This document shows, in pieces, positions 35,560 to 44,884 of a stretch of DNA of 64,000 nucleotides. Within the stretch, counting starts at the first letter, position 1; every line of letters begins with the position of its first letter. The position numbers and the translations under genes are program-made. The stretch is from Candidatus Rokuibacteriota bacterium. Lineage in GTDB: Bacteria; Bacteroidota; Bacteroidia; Flavobacteriales; Flavobacteriaceae. The notes under the pieces were generated by a model. That model saw only the letters and a list, made by a program, of their open reading frames with translations. It was not told the origin of the DNA and did not search any database. The DNA is taken from contig OMJU01000060.1 of assembly GCA_900299425.1 (NCBI GenBank), positions 39,773 through 103,772 on the forward strand. Reading direction: 5' to 3'.

Positions 35560-36663
35560 TTAATCTTGCCACTCGGCTATAAACAAGTTTGTGTCGCGCG
35601 TTCCTCCATTATTTCTGTTAGAAGAAAACACTAAATACTTGCCGTCATTACTGAATACTGGAAAAGCATCAAAGGTTTCACTGTGGGTGATTCGGGTAAG
35701 GTTTTTTCCATCGGTATCAATCATGTAGAGATTGAAAGGAAATCCGCGTTCGGCTTCGAAATTACTCGAGAATAAAATTTTACCACTACTTGGATGAAAA
35801 AACGGACTCCAGTTTGCATTACCCAGACGCGTTAGTTGTCTTAGATCAGATCCGTCCGCATTGCAAATAAATAATTCCATTTCAGTGGGTTCAACAAGAC
35901 CCTCAGCCAAAAGGGATTTATATTTCTCAATGGCTTCTGGTGTTTTTGGACGTGAGGCGCGGAAAATAATTTGCGTGCCATCGGGGGAGAAAAACGCCCC
36001 TCCGTCATAACCCAATTCATCCGTAATTTGTCGGACATTCGAGCCATCAATATCCATGGTGTATAATTCTAGGTCTCCACTTCTGGTTGAAGTAAATACT
36101 ATTTTGTCGCCCTTGGGTGAAACGGTTGCCTCTGCATCATATCCGGGCTCGGTGGTGAGCTGAGCTGTAATATTGCCTTGAAGGTCTGCCACAAAAATGT
36201 CGAAGCTGTCGTATACAGGCCAAACATAGTTGCCATTTTTTCTCAGAGGAACCTGCGGGCAGGCTTCGTTGTCCAAATGAGTCGAAGCGTAAACAAAATG
36301 TGTGTTGTCTGGCAAGAAATAACCACAAGTGGTACGTCCTTTTCCAGTAGAAATCATCGGTGGCTGAGTGGCTGAGAATTCCTCATCAACGTTCATCAAA
36401 AACATTTGATCACAGCCCACACCCCATTGAGCATTGTTTGATTGAAACAAGAGTTGCTGGTCGTCAAAACTCCAATAGGCCTCTGCGTTATCCCCGCCAA
36501 AGGTAACTTGACGCAAGGATTTGAAGTGGGTTTCCTCTGGGTAGATCAATGGGTTTTCGTTTGTTGTATTTTCTGCGGTTTGATCTAAGGTGTCTTGATT
36601 TTGTTGTTTCTGACCGCAGGCGGCAAAAATCAAAAGCAGCAATACAAAGTGAAGATTTCTCAT
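35560..36663 (-). CDS. TolB-like beta-propeller lipoprotein (PD40/WD40-like repeats)
   Basis: Lipobox LLIFAACGQ with repeated PD40-like units (SPKGDKIVFTS, FSPDGTQIIF, SNDGKYLVFSS). The start is ATG 36663 or 36684. Confidence 0.7.
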   Translation of the reverse strand: MRNLHFVLLLLIFAACGQKQQNQDTLDQTAENTTNENPLIYPEETHFKSLRQVTFGGDNAEAYWSFDDQQLLFQSNNAQWGVGCDQMFLMNVDEEFSATQPPMISTGKGRTTCGYFLPDNTHFVYASTHLDNEACPQVPLRKNGNYVWPVYDSFDIFVADLQGNITAQLTTEPGYDAEATVSPKGDKIVFTSTRSGDLELYTMDIDGSNVRQITDELGYDGGAFFSPDGTQIIFRASRPKTPEAIEKYKSLLAEGLVEPTEMELFICNADGSDLRQLTRLGNANWSPFFHPSSGKILFSSNFEAERGFPFNLYMIDTDGKNLTRITHSETFDAFPVFSNDGKYLVFSSNRNNGGTRDTNLFIAEWQD

Positions 36664-36671
36664 TTTTGGAC

Positions 36672-36679
36672 TATTTTTG
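36672..36679 (+). promoter_or_regulatory. -7 promoter box (TATTTTTG) for the M28 peptidase gene
   Basis: Exact TAnnTTTG match 16 nt upstream of the ATG at 36695. Confidence 0.35.
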
Positions 36680-36694
36680 TGCAAAAATAAAGAT

Positions 36695-37930
36695 ATGCGT
36701 ACAATTAAAGTCCTTTTTTCCTTACTGATTTTATCTTCTTGTAATGCGCCAATGGTCGCACCAATCGATCAACTAAAAGTCGATGTGGGCTATTTGGCGG
36801 CCGATGATTTGCAGGGGCGTGAGACGGGTACCCAAGGAGAGCAAATGGCGGCCGATTATCTGGCTAAGCGCTTTGCTGAACTCGGCCTTTCTCCTAAAGG
36901 AACTGAGGATTATTTTCAGAATTTCAGCTTTAAACCAAGCGCGAATCCGCACGAGCAGACCACAGTTGAGACGCCTACAAACCAAGGTGACCCACAAGGG
37001 ACTAATGTGGTTGGCTACATGGATAACGGGGCTGAAAAGACCGTGATAATTGGTGCGCATTTCGATCATTTAGGATGGGGTAGTGAGGGCTCGCTTTATC
37101 GTGACAGTATTCCGAGTATCCACAACGGTGCCGATGATAATGCCAGTGGGGTCTCTTTATTGTTGTATTTAGCCCAGCGTCTTAAAGAACAGCCAAAAAA
37201 TCAAAGCAATTATTTATTCATCGGCTTCTCAGGGGAAGAAAAAGGCTTATTGGGGTCCAACTATTTTGTCAAAAACCCATCGATTGATTTGACCACGGTC
37301 AATTTAATGATCAACATGGATATGGTGGGGCGTTTGAATCAGGAGAATACCTTGGCGGTACATGGCGTAGGGACTTCGCCAAAATTTAAGCAACTGCTTT
37401 TTGCTAACAATGATTTTGGATTGAATATAGCCGAGCACGAAAGCGGTGTTGGCCCATCAGACCACACCTCTTTCTATTTAATGGACTTGCCAGTGTTACA
37501 CTTTTTTACTGGACAACATGAAGATTACCACAAGCCTTCAGACGATGCTGATAAAATCAATTACGAAGGTCTTGAAACTATCGGAAAATATATTTATGCA
37601 CTCGTATCAGATTTAGACGACGATGCTAAGCTGAGTTTTCGAAAAACCAAAAATGAGAGTGAAGAAACCCCTCGGTTTAAGGTAGGTCTAGGAGTAGTGC
37701 CAGATTATTTATACACGGGTACAGGAATGCGTATCGATGGCGTCAGTGAAGACAAACCTGCTCAAAAAGCCGGTCTACAAAAAGGCGATGTTGTGATCCG
37801 TTTGGGCGACAGTACTGTCACTGATATGATGAGCTATATGCGCGCTTTATCGGTATTCAAGCAAGGAGATTCTACTGATGCTACTGTTAAGCGTGGAGAA
37901 GAGACCTTAGAGGTACGCATCGATTTTTAA
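36695..37930 (+). CDS. M28 family aminopeptidase with a C-terminal PDZ domain (lipoprotein)
   Basis: Lipobox LILSSCN. Zn-ligand motifs GAHFDHLG, DDNASGV and SGEEKGLLGS, plus PDZ-like GLQKGDVVIRLGD. Confidence 0.8.
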   Translation: MRTIKVLFSLLILSSCNAPMVAPIDQLKVDVGYLAADDLQGRETGTQGEQMAADYLAKRFAELGLSPKGTEDYFQNFSFKPSANPHEQTTVETPTNQGDPQGTNVVGYMDNGAEKTVIIGAHFDHLGWGSEGSLYRDSIPSIHNGADDNASGVSLLLYLAQRLKEQPKNQSNYLFIGFSGEEKGLLGSNYFVKNPSIDLTTVNLMINMDMVGRLNQENTLAVHGVGTSPKFKQLLFANNDFGLNIAEHESGVGPSDHTSFYLMDLPVLHFFTGQHEDYHKPSDDADKINYEGLETIGKYIYALVSDLDDDAKLSFRKTKNESEETPRFKVGLGVVPDYLYTGTGMRIDGVSEDKPAQKAGLQKGDVVIRLGDSTVTDMMSYMRALSVFKQGDSTDATVKRGEETLEVRIDF

Positions 37931-37949
37931 TAGAGGTCATTTACTGCAA

Positions 37950-38963
37950 TTAATATCTTCTGCTATAGGATAGCGAGACGTACAAGTGGGGCTCCGCTGT
38001 GCGATTACGGGCCGATTCGTAGTGATATTTCAGATAGACATCATTGCGTTTATAGCGCCAAAAAAAGCCGACGTTAAAAAAGTACATCATTCTGTACGGG
38101 GTTACGGTAAATGATGAATTGTCCCCAAGCCAATTGCCTTGTAGCATCGCATCGTGCAAGACATAGCGATATCCAAATCGCGTCGAAAAAAAAAGTTCGG
38201 TTTCTCGGCCTAGCATTTGACCATAAGCCATAGTCTTTTGTAGGGTGGAGCGCCGTCCAAAATAAAACACCGCATCTTGCGCGACATAGGCATCTTTGGT
38301 GCCCAGTGAGGCCTTGGGATTAAGGGCAAAGTATACGGCAAAGGGTTTTGGCTGCCACTCCCATTCACGCACATACTCATAGTAGGTATTGAAATGAAAA
38401 CTATTGTCTATTTGAGAAAGCCAAGTGGCAATTTTAGAATCTACGGTGGCCGAATTGTGGAAAGCGCTTTGTACGGTTTCTGAACCCGAATATGGGCCGG
38501 CAATACCAAATACAAAATTGTAGCGATTCAGGTGATTGGCCCGCGTTACGGTTAGCCCATTATTCAACCCAATAAACCCTGCGTAGGGTCGATCCATAAA
38601 CTTTATTTTATCAGTCAACAGGTCAGTTGGGGTAAAGATTTCTTGATACAGAATCAGACTGTATTGACGTGTCTGCTTTTGTTCAAGCTGACTGGGTGTT
38701 AAGGGTAACCATCTGTGGAGTCCGAGAAAACTGCCCGTGGAGTAATACCGATCCGTAAAATGTAGAAAATCATTGTCCTGGCGGAGTTCAAATTGATCCA
38801 AGTAATCCGGTGTCCAATCGCTCGATTCTATTGTCAATTCAGGCTCGGCTTCAGCATCTGTGGCTTTCGAAGATTGTTCGGTAACTAGTCCCAAAGATTG
38901 TCCTGAAACCATTGGGGAAATTACCATCAACAAAAGCGTTATAAGTGGACTGATTTTGATCAT
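37950..38963 (-). CDS. LpxR-like (DUF2219) outer-membrane lipid A deacylase family protein
   Basis: Signal peptide. RQDNDFLHFTDRYYSTG resembles the NDxxxxxDRxYTxG block of LpxR/DUF2219, and the composition is beta-barrel-like ending in ...SYSRRY. Confidence 0.5.
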   Translation of the reverse strand: MIKISPLITLLLMVISPMVSGQSLGLVTEQSSKATDAEAEPELTIESSDWTPDYLDQFELRQDNDFLHFTDRYYSTGSFLGLHRWLPLTPSQLEQKQTRQYSLILYQEIFTPTDLLTDKIKFMDRPYAGFIGLNNGLTVTRANHLNRYNFVFGIAGPYSGSETVQSAFHNSATVDSKIATWLSQIDNSFHFNTYYEYVREWEWQPKPFAVYFALNPKASLGTKDAYVAQDAVFYFGRRSTLQKTMAYGQMLGRETELFFSTRFGYRYVLHDAMLQGNWLGDNSSFTVTPYRMMYFFNVGFFWRYKRNDVYLKYHYESARNRTAEPHLYVSLSYSRRY

Positions 38964-38970
38964 GCTGCTG

Positions 38971-40473
38971 TCATATCTTTGACCCGGTAAAAATACTTTT
39001 TATAAACAGATAACCGAAACCAAGCACGCAAAGCAAATGAAAGGGCGCCAAACCAAAGTCTCCGTTAGGGCCCATTTGGCTGGCTAATAAAATCCCGAAA
39101 ATACCATAAATCATTAACGAAAATTCCAAAGCAGCAGGGAAGAACTGCCCCCCCGAGGAATAATTAGCCCATGGCTTAGTCCCCCGATTTCGTTTATCGG
39201 CTCCAGCATTGAATTTTGGGGTCCGTACAAATGGCGTGACCACACCTAGATGGCCTTGTAGGACCGCAATTGCATTGTTTGCACAAAGCCCTATGGCCAG
39301 TGTGAAAAAGATGATAAAATCAACTAATGCAGCAGGCCAGGAGACGTTCTGTGCTGTGTTAATGAGTTTGTACGACCCGGTGTAAGCCCACATTAGGAGC
39401 AATGTGGTGAGCCCGAAAATTTGAAATAAATAAAAAATCCAAGTCCATCCAGGATGGCTATTTTTAATCCAGAGCAGCGGCACACTCAATACGATAAGCA
39501 GCAGTACCAGAAAAAACAATGAGCTGCTGAATAAGTGGGCCGTCCCAAAGAGTTTTTCTTTAAAGCTTATTTCTTTATTTCGCCAAAGTGGGCGCCAAAG
39601 CAGTTTGAAATTTTGGGCCCCTCCTTTATTCCATCTGAATTGTTGTCCCCTTGCTGCTTGCACGGTTTGAGGAAGTTCGGCCGGAGTTATGATGTCGGGA
39701 CGATAGACAATCTCCCAACCCTTGAGCTGGGCACGATAGCTCAGATCTAAATCTTCAGTTAAGGTGGTTCCGGACCAATTGCCGGCATCTTCGATACAGG
39801 ATTTGCGCCAAATACCTGCAGTTCCATTGAAATTCATAAAAACACCACTGGCTTGTCGGCCCATTTGTTCAAGACTGAAATGTAAATCCAAGGCAAAGGC
39901 TTGTACCCGCGTCAAAATCGAAGTTTTGCGGTTAATATGGCCCCAACGCGTTTGGACCACACCTATTTTTGCATCATTAAAATAGGGCATACTGCGCAAC
40001 AGCCAATCCCTTTGCGGCAGGAAATCTGCGTCGAAAATGGCGATGAATTCGCCCTTGGCTTGGGTTAAGCCAGCTTTTAATGCCCCGGCCTTAAAGCCAT
40101 CTCTGTTGTTTCTTTTTAGATGAATCATCTCAATACCCCGAGCAGAAAACTCAGCAACCAAGGTCTGTACAAGGGCAGAAGTGTCATCCGTAGAATCATC
40201 CAAAACCTGAATATCCAATCGATCTCGAGGATATTCTATGGCCGCGACATGCTCGAGCAGCGCCTGAACAACATTTTGCTCGTTATAGAGAGGCAGTTGA
40301 ATGGTTACCCGAGGTAAATGGTCATTGAGGCTGAAGGCCGAAAGCTCATTTTTGATCACTTGACTACGCGCTTCCCGGAATTTAAGAAACAGGAAAACTT
40401 GCGTTATGGCAAAAAGCAATACTGTCAAAAGGCAAATAGCATAAATTAGGACGATGACGACTTCCCAGATCAT
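38971..40473 (-). CDS. Processive family-2 glycosyltransferase (cellulose-synthase/CslA-like) with multiple TM segments
   Basis: QLPLYNE, DDSTD, FDADF, TEDLDLS and the QxxRW motif (QQFRWNKGG), with N- and C-terminal TM helices. 500 aa. Confidence 0.8.
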   Translation of the reverse strand: MIWEVVIVLIYAICLLTVLLFAITQVFLFLKFREARSQVIKNELSAFSLNDHLPRVTIQLPLYNEQNVVQALLEHVAAIEYPRDRLDIQVLDDSTDDTSALVQTLVAEFSARGIEMIHLKRNNRDGFKAGALKAGLTQAKGEFIAIFDADFLPQRDWLLRSMPYFNDAKIGVVQTRWGHINRKTSILTRVQAFALDLHFSLEQMGRQASGVFMNFNGTAGIWRKSCIEDAGNWSGTTLTEDLDLSYRAQLKGWEIVYRPDIITPAELPQTVQAARGQQFRWNKGGAQNFKLLWRPLWRNKEISFKEKLFGTAHLFSSSLFFLVLLLIVLSVPLLWIKNSHPGWTWIFYLFQIFGLTTLLLMWAYTGSYKLINTAQNVSWPAALVDFIIFFTLAIGLCANNAIAVLQGHLGVVTPFVRTPKFNAGADKRNRGTKPWANYSSGGQFFPAALEFSLMIYGIFGILLASQMGPNGDFGLAPFHLLCVLGFGYLFIKSIFTGSKI

Positions 40474-41180
40474 TTGAAAATGGCGTGTTTGGCAATCCAG
40501 CCAATAATTTTCACTCCGGCAAAGATAACACCTTTTATAGTCCCGGAGACTTTGGACACACCGATGCGATTTCTGTACGGAACCTTTATTTCTGTGTAAT
40601 TGAGTTTCATCCTAAGGGCCTTTAGCTGCATTTCAACGGTCCATCCATAAGTCATATCTGACATCTTCATGGCCATGAGTTGATCGTAGCGGATGGCCCT
40701 AAATGGTCCTAAATCGGTATAGCGTGCTGCGAATAAGTGACGCATAAGCCAGGTTGCTAGGCCGTTACCAAAGCGCTGGGGCAGGGTCATGGCCCCTGGC
40801 TCCATCAGCTCAGGAGCGCGTGCACCAATGACCAAGTCCATATTTAGATTTTGGATTGGGTCTATTAGTGTCTCGAGATACTCGGGATAATCACTGTAAT
40901 CTCCATCGAGAAACACAATTATATCTGGAGTTTGTTCGGGCTGTTTGGCTCTTCTTTCTTGGAGGTATTCCAAAGCGTGCATGCAAGCGAAGCCATAGCC
41001 ACGGCGGGACTCCTCTAAGACCAAAGCGCCGTGTTTTTGAGCCACTTCCATCGTGTTGTCTATCGAACCATTATCCACTACAATTACCTCTGCCACTGTT
41101 TTTGGGATATCATCCAAAACAAGCCCAATGGCTTCAGCCTCATTAATAGCAGGAATAATTACCGTGATTTTTGGGCCCAA
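40470..41180 (-). CDS. Family-2 glycosyltransferase (polyprenyl-phosphate glycosyltransferase-like)
   Basis: VIIPAINEAEAI, VVDNGSIDNT and FLDGDYSD (DxD) motifs. TTG start. It overlaps the downstream GT2 by 4 bp. Confidence 0.75.
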   Translation of the reverse strand: MGPKITVIIPAINEAEAIGLVLDDIPKTVAEVIVVDNGSIDNTMEVAQKHGALVLEESRRGYGFACMHALEYLQERRAKQPEQTPDIIVFLDGDYSDYPEYLETLIDPIQNLNMDLVIGARAPELMEPGAMTLPQRFGNGLATWLMRHLFAARYTDLGPFRAIRYDQLMAMKMSDMTYGWTVEMQLKALRMKLNYTEIKVPYRNRIGVSKVSGTIKGVIFAGVKIIGWIAKHAIFK

Positions 41181-41188
41181 AATAATTC

Positions 41189-41602
41189 TTATTTGGCCTC
41201 TAATTCGAGTTGCTGTTGGGGTACAATATAGGCGTCAAAATACCAAGAGGAAAACTCCTCAAGTCCTATAAACAAGAGTATCCCTAGGATGATGATCAAG
41301 GCCCCAACTAAAAGCAAATTAAGTTGTTTGCGTCTGGGATCAATCGAGCACTGATCTTGGGTTGTTTTATACTTGTAGATACCATAAGCTCCAATTAAAA
41401 CTGCCATTACGCGAAGCAATATAGCCCCTGTGCCTAGAGAACCATCTTCTTGATAAAAAAAGTCGGCAAATGAAATGGCCACCACACCGCCCATAAGCCC
41501 AAGCATAAATAGCACAGCCGGGGCAACGCAGCATAAAATGCCTGCTAATGCAGACATGAGTCCATATTTAAGGGTCCATTTAAAAATACTGGGAGTCTTC
41601 AT
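41189..41602 (-). CDS. Small 4-TM membrane protein with a vicinal Cys pair in TM1 (MerT-like CC motif)
   Basis: 137 aa. GILCCVAPAVLFMLG lies in the first TM helix, and one more Cys (DQCS) lies in a loop. Confidence 0.55.
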   Translation of the reverse strand: MKTPSIFKWTLKYGLMSALAGILCCVAPAVLFMLGLMGGVVAISFADFFYQEDGSLGTGAILLRVMAVLIGAYGIYKYKTTQDQCSIDPRRKQLNLLLVGALIIILGILLFIGLEEFSSWYFDAYIVPQQQLELEAK

Positions 41603-41619
41603 AAGGGCAAGATAAAAGG

Positions 41620-42372
41620 CTAAGTTACTGATTTTTTAGGGGTGTTTTGCCATACATTTCTTTGGTAATAGGCCCAAAGCTCCTGTGGTGAATGGTCTTG
41701 ACGGTATTTGTATTGAATGACCCAAAAGTGCCATTGCAATTGCCAGAGCCCTCGTTCGTTATATTTACGCGCTGAACTGATTACCTTTTGGGGCAGGACC
41801 CTAAAATGAGTCCGGGCATAAAGCCGATCAATCAAATGAAGGTCCTCGCAGATGATATATTCTGGGGCATAGCCACCGATACCCTCGAACAGAGCTTTAC
41901 GGACAAAAAGGCTTTGATCCCCACCACGGCAGAATTGCCATTTAAAGCGTGTACCCCAGCCAGCGAGTTTCATCCACCAATGCTTTGAGTCAAAAGCCAT
42001 GCGAAAGCAGCCAGCCTCATGTTTAGGTTCTGTATTTTCGATTATGAGCTGATCGTAGTTTTGGGGCGCCAGGGTGTCCGCATGAATAAAATAAAGAATC
42101 TCGCCGCGGGCGCTTGATGCCCCCAAATTCATTTGACGGGCTCTGCCTGCCGGGCCCTCCAGCAAATAAAGCCTGTGCTGAGGATGATTTTCTTGCCAAT
42201 GGCGTATCAAAGTTTGGGTTTGGTCACCACTGCCCCCATCTACAACAATCAGTTCTATTTGTTCGGGATCAAAGGCGCGATTGATCAGTGCCTCAAGGGT
42301 AACAATGATGTTCTGATCCTCATTGAGCGTAGGAATGATCACCGAAAGTTGTGGTGTCTTGCTCTGGATCAT
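41620..42372 (-). CDS. GT2 glycosyltransferase, TIGR04283-like (arsenosugar-cluster-associated)
   Basis: LSVIIPTLNE, VVDGGSGDQT and FIHADT motifs. The ATG at 42372 is preferred over the TTG at 42396, which would overlap DUF547 by 19 bp. Confidence 0.7.
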   Translation of the reverse strand: MIQSKTPQLSVIIPTLNEDQNIIVTLEALINRAFDPEQIELIVVDGGSGDQTQTLIRHWQENHPQHRLYLLEGPAGRARQMNLGASSARGEILYFIHADTLAPQNYDQLIIENTEPKHEAGCFRMAFDSKHWWMKLAGWGTRFKWQFCRGGDQSLFVRKALFEGIGGYAPEYIICEDLHLIDRLYARTHFRVLPQKVISSARKYNERGLWQLQWHFWVIQYKYRQDHSPQELWAYYQRNVWQNTPKKSVT

Positions 42373-42377
42373 AGTGT

Positions 42378-43079
42378 TTAGTTGTTTAAAGACCAATCAT
42401 AGGATAAATAACTGATGGCAATTTTTGATGAAAAATTTTGACTTGTGTATTGATTGATCAAATTAACGAGGGCTTCAGAATTGCCAAAATCTCCTTTGAA
42501 CCACATAAAAATTCGCGAGAGATAAAGACGCTTTGTAGAGTAATTATTTTTTGAGCGGTCATTCAAAAATGTAGCCGCCGATCGATTGAGTTGTTCCTCA
42601 AGTTTATGCCCCTGGTAGGCCTCATTGGCCAGTATGGGACAAGATTTTGAGGCACAATTGATGGCAAAATGGATGCGTGGTTCGCCGAACTTTCTCAATA
42701 TCTCGTGTTCGATTTCATCTAGGGTCCAACGATTATTTTTATGCGTAAGCACGGTCTGCTTCCACGGACGGCTTATGTCCTTGATGCTCTCTAGCGGGAG
42801 GTTGTCGCAAATTAATTTCACTGTACAGGCATTGTAGGCATTGATCCAAAACGCGAGTTGTTGGGCTTTGGTTTGGGTATTAATCTTCTCAGTGGATTGA
42901 GCCAGCGATTCAATATAGGCTTCAAGTTTTGATCTATCCTTTTGAAATCCTTGATAATCGACACGGCCCTGTGGGCTGACATATTGCTGTAACAAAGCGT
43001 TCCAAGACTGATGATTGACCTCAGAAGTTTGGGCATTGAGTCCACAGCAAATCAGAAAAATGGTCCAGAGTAACTTCAT
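42378..43079 (-). CDS. DUF547 domain protein, exported
   Basis: Signal peptide MKLLWTIFLICCGLNAQ, with conserved AFWINAYNA and HFAINCASKSCP blocks of DUF547. Confidence 0.75.
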   Translation of the reverse strand: MKLLWTIFLICCGLNAQTSEVNHQSWNALLQQYVSPQGRVDYQGFQKDRSKLEAYIESLAQSTEKINTQTKAQQLAFWINAYNACTVKLICDNLPLESIKDISRPWKQTVLTHKNNRWTLDEIEHEILRKFGEPRIHFAINCASKSCPILANEAYQGHKLEEQLNRSAATFLNDRSKNNYSTKRLYLSRIFMWFKGDFGNSEALVNLINQYTSQNFSSKIAISYLSYDWSLNN

Positions 43080-43088
43080 GGTTTAAAC

Positions 43089-44057
43089 TCAGCAACATCC
43101 ACCTCCGTCATAGTGGAAGGTCGATAGGCTAATAAAAATATCTGATCGGTTTAAGGCTGCTAATGCAGCAGCGGTCTTGTCACATACAGCCAGTGGTTGA
43201 TTGGGCATCAGGACATGTCCTTTTTTGTCGTCAAAATATGGCTGGTCTCCATAGTAAATGGCGGCTTTACCCGTAAAGACACAGGGGCCATCTTCCGGCA
43301 TGGGGTCCTTAATAGCAGCGACTTCAATGGACTCAATATAAATGAGCTCCTGGGTTGGATAATGAGCAGGGTCCAGAATGCGGTACGGTTTTCTGGCGCG
43401 AATCTCGATGGTCCCAAATCCAGCGTCGGTCAAGGCTTTGACGTATTGATTTATGGGCAAACTCCCGCTCAGGCAAAGCGCTCTTAGACGTTCATCCTCT
43501 CTCAATGTTTGGTTCATTTCTTGTTCACATGTCGGGTCACTCATCACCAAGCGACCATGGGGTTTCAGGACACGATACATCTCCGCAATGGCCTCTTTTA
43601 GATCTTGATCTTTAAAAATGTTGAACAAGCAGTTTTGTGCAGCAACATCGATAGTCTCATTCTCTACAGGAAGATTCATGGCATCTCCATGACGCAGTGA
43701 TACAAAATCCGAGGAAAACCATGGATTTTGTTCTTCAGCTTCTTTAAAGTTTTTGCGGGAGGCTTCCAGCATTTCTTCGACCACGTCCACCCCGATGATA
43801 TTTCCTTTTTCTCTCGAAAAGTAGGCAAATTGAAGCAACTCCATACCACCACCTACGCCTACATACAGAATCTTTGGGTTGCGGCTTAAATCTCTGGGGT
43901 GCACTGTTGATCCGCATCCATAGTTCATCTCTTGCATGATTTTTGGGATACGCAGTCCGGGCAATTCCCAAATCGGATTAGTAGTACAGCACAATCCTAT
44001 ATCCGGGGTTTCTGCTGCTTTTTTATAGACGTCTTTAGTAGTTTCTAAATAACTCAT
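43089..44057 (-). CDS. arsM: Arsenite S-adenosylmethionine methyltransferase, arsenosugar-cluster type
   Basis: N-terminal GLCCTT and YGCGS Cys blocks, SAM motif ILYVGVGGGMEL and a C-terminal Cys pair (GGGCC). It sits next to the ArsS-type radical SAM gene. Confidence 0.75.
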   Translation of the reverse strand: MSYLETTKDVYKKAAETPDIGLCCTTNPIWELPGLRIPKIMQEMNYGCGSTVHPRDLSRNPKILYVGVGGGMELLQFAYFSREKGNIIGVDVVEEMLEASRKNFKEAEEQNPWFSSDFVSLRHGDAMNLPVENETIDVAAQNCLFNIFKDQDLKEAIAEMYRVLKPHGRLVMSDPTCEQEMNQTLREDERLRALCLSGSLPINQYVKALTDAGFGTIEIRARKPYRILDPAHYPTQELIYIESIEVAAIKDPMPEDGPCVFTGKAAIYYGDQPYFDDKKGHVLMPNQPLAVCDKTAAALAALNRSDIFISLSTFHYDGGGCC

Positions 44058-44884
44058 AAGGATAAACGCTCAATTAAAATATTAAATAACTCAACCATTT
44101 TGGGTTCTGCCTTTTTAGCACTGGCAATGATATCACTGATGTCCACTGGTGCTAGGTTGTCTGGATCACATTCGTCCGTTAGCACAGAAACAGCCGCGAC
44201 GGGTAAACTCAGGTGGTTGGCTACTATGATTTCGGGAACCGTACTCATACCCACAGCATCGCCTCCTATAAGTCTTAAAAACCTGTACTCAGCTTTGGTT
44301 TCTAGTTCAGGCCCACGCACACCAATGTACACTCCTTGATGCAATCCAATGCCGCGCTCATTGGCGATTGTCAAGAGCTCGGTACACATTCCTGGGTCAT
44401 AAGGTGTATTGAGGTCCACAAAGCGCTGTCCCATTTGATCGACTCCTTTAAAAGCCAGAGGGGAACTGCCTTGCAAATTAATATGGTCAGTGATGAGCAT
44501 CATCTCACCCTTTTTATAATCTAAGTTTAAGGCGCCTGAGGCATTGCTTACCAGCAAACGCTTGATCCCCAAGGCATGCATCACCCTTATCGGAAAAGTA
44601 ACTTCCTCTGGACTGTACCCTTCATAAAGATGAAATCTGCCCTGCATGACCACTACTTTCTTCCCCCCTAAATCTCCATATATGAGTTTTCCTTGATGAA
44701 ATTCTACGGTCGCAGTCGGAAAATGAGGAATAGTCGTGTAATGCGCTTCCTTTTCTATCTGTACATCATCGACAAGTTCGCCCAGGCCTGTGCCCAGGAC
44801 AATGCCAATTTCTGGTTGGATGAATCCGCGGTCAAAAAGGAAGGATCGGGCGTCTTCAACTTGCTGTATGAGTTTTGGTTTCAT
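44054..44884 (-). CDS. Purine nucleoside phosphorylase (trimeric PNP/MTAP family)
   Basis: GIVLGTGLG, MQGRFHLYEGY, VSNASGALN and GMSTVPEI blocks. It has 4-bp overlaps with both neighbours. Confidence 0.85.
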   Translation of the reverse strand: MKPKLIQQVEDARSFLFDRGFIQPEIGIVLGTGLGELVDDVQIEKEAHYTTIPHFPTATVEFHQGKLIYGDLGGKKVVVMQGRFHLYEGYSPEEVTFPIRVMHALGIKRLLVSNASGALNLDYKKGEMMLITDHINLQGSSPLAFKGVDQMGQRFVDLNTPYDPGMCTELLTIANERGIGLHQGVYIGVRGPELETKAEYRFLRLIGGDAVGMSTVPEIIVANHLSLPVAAVSVLTDECDPDNLAPVDISDIIASAKKAEPKMVELFNILIERLSL

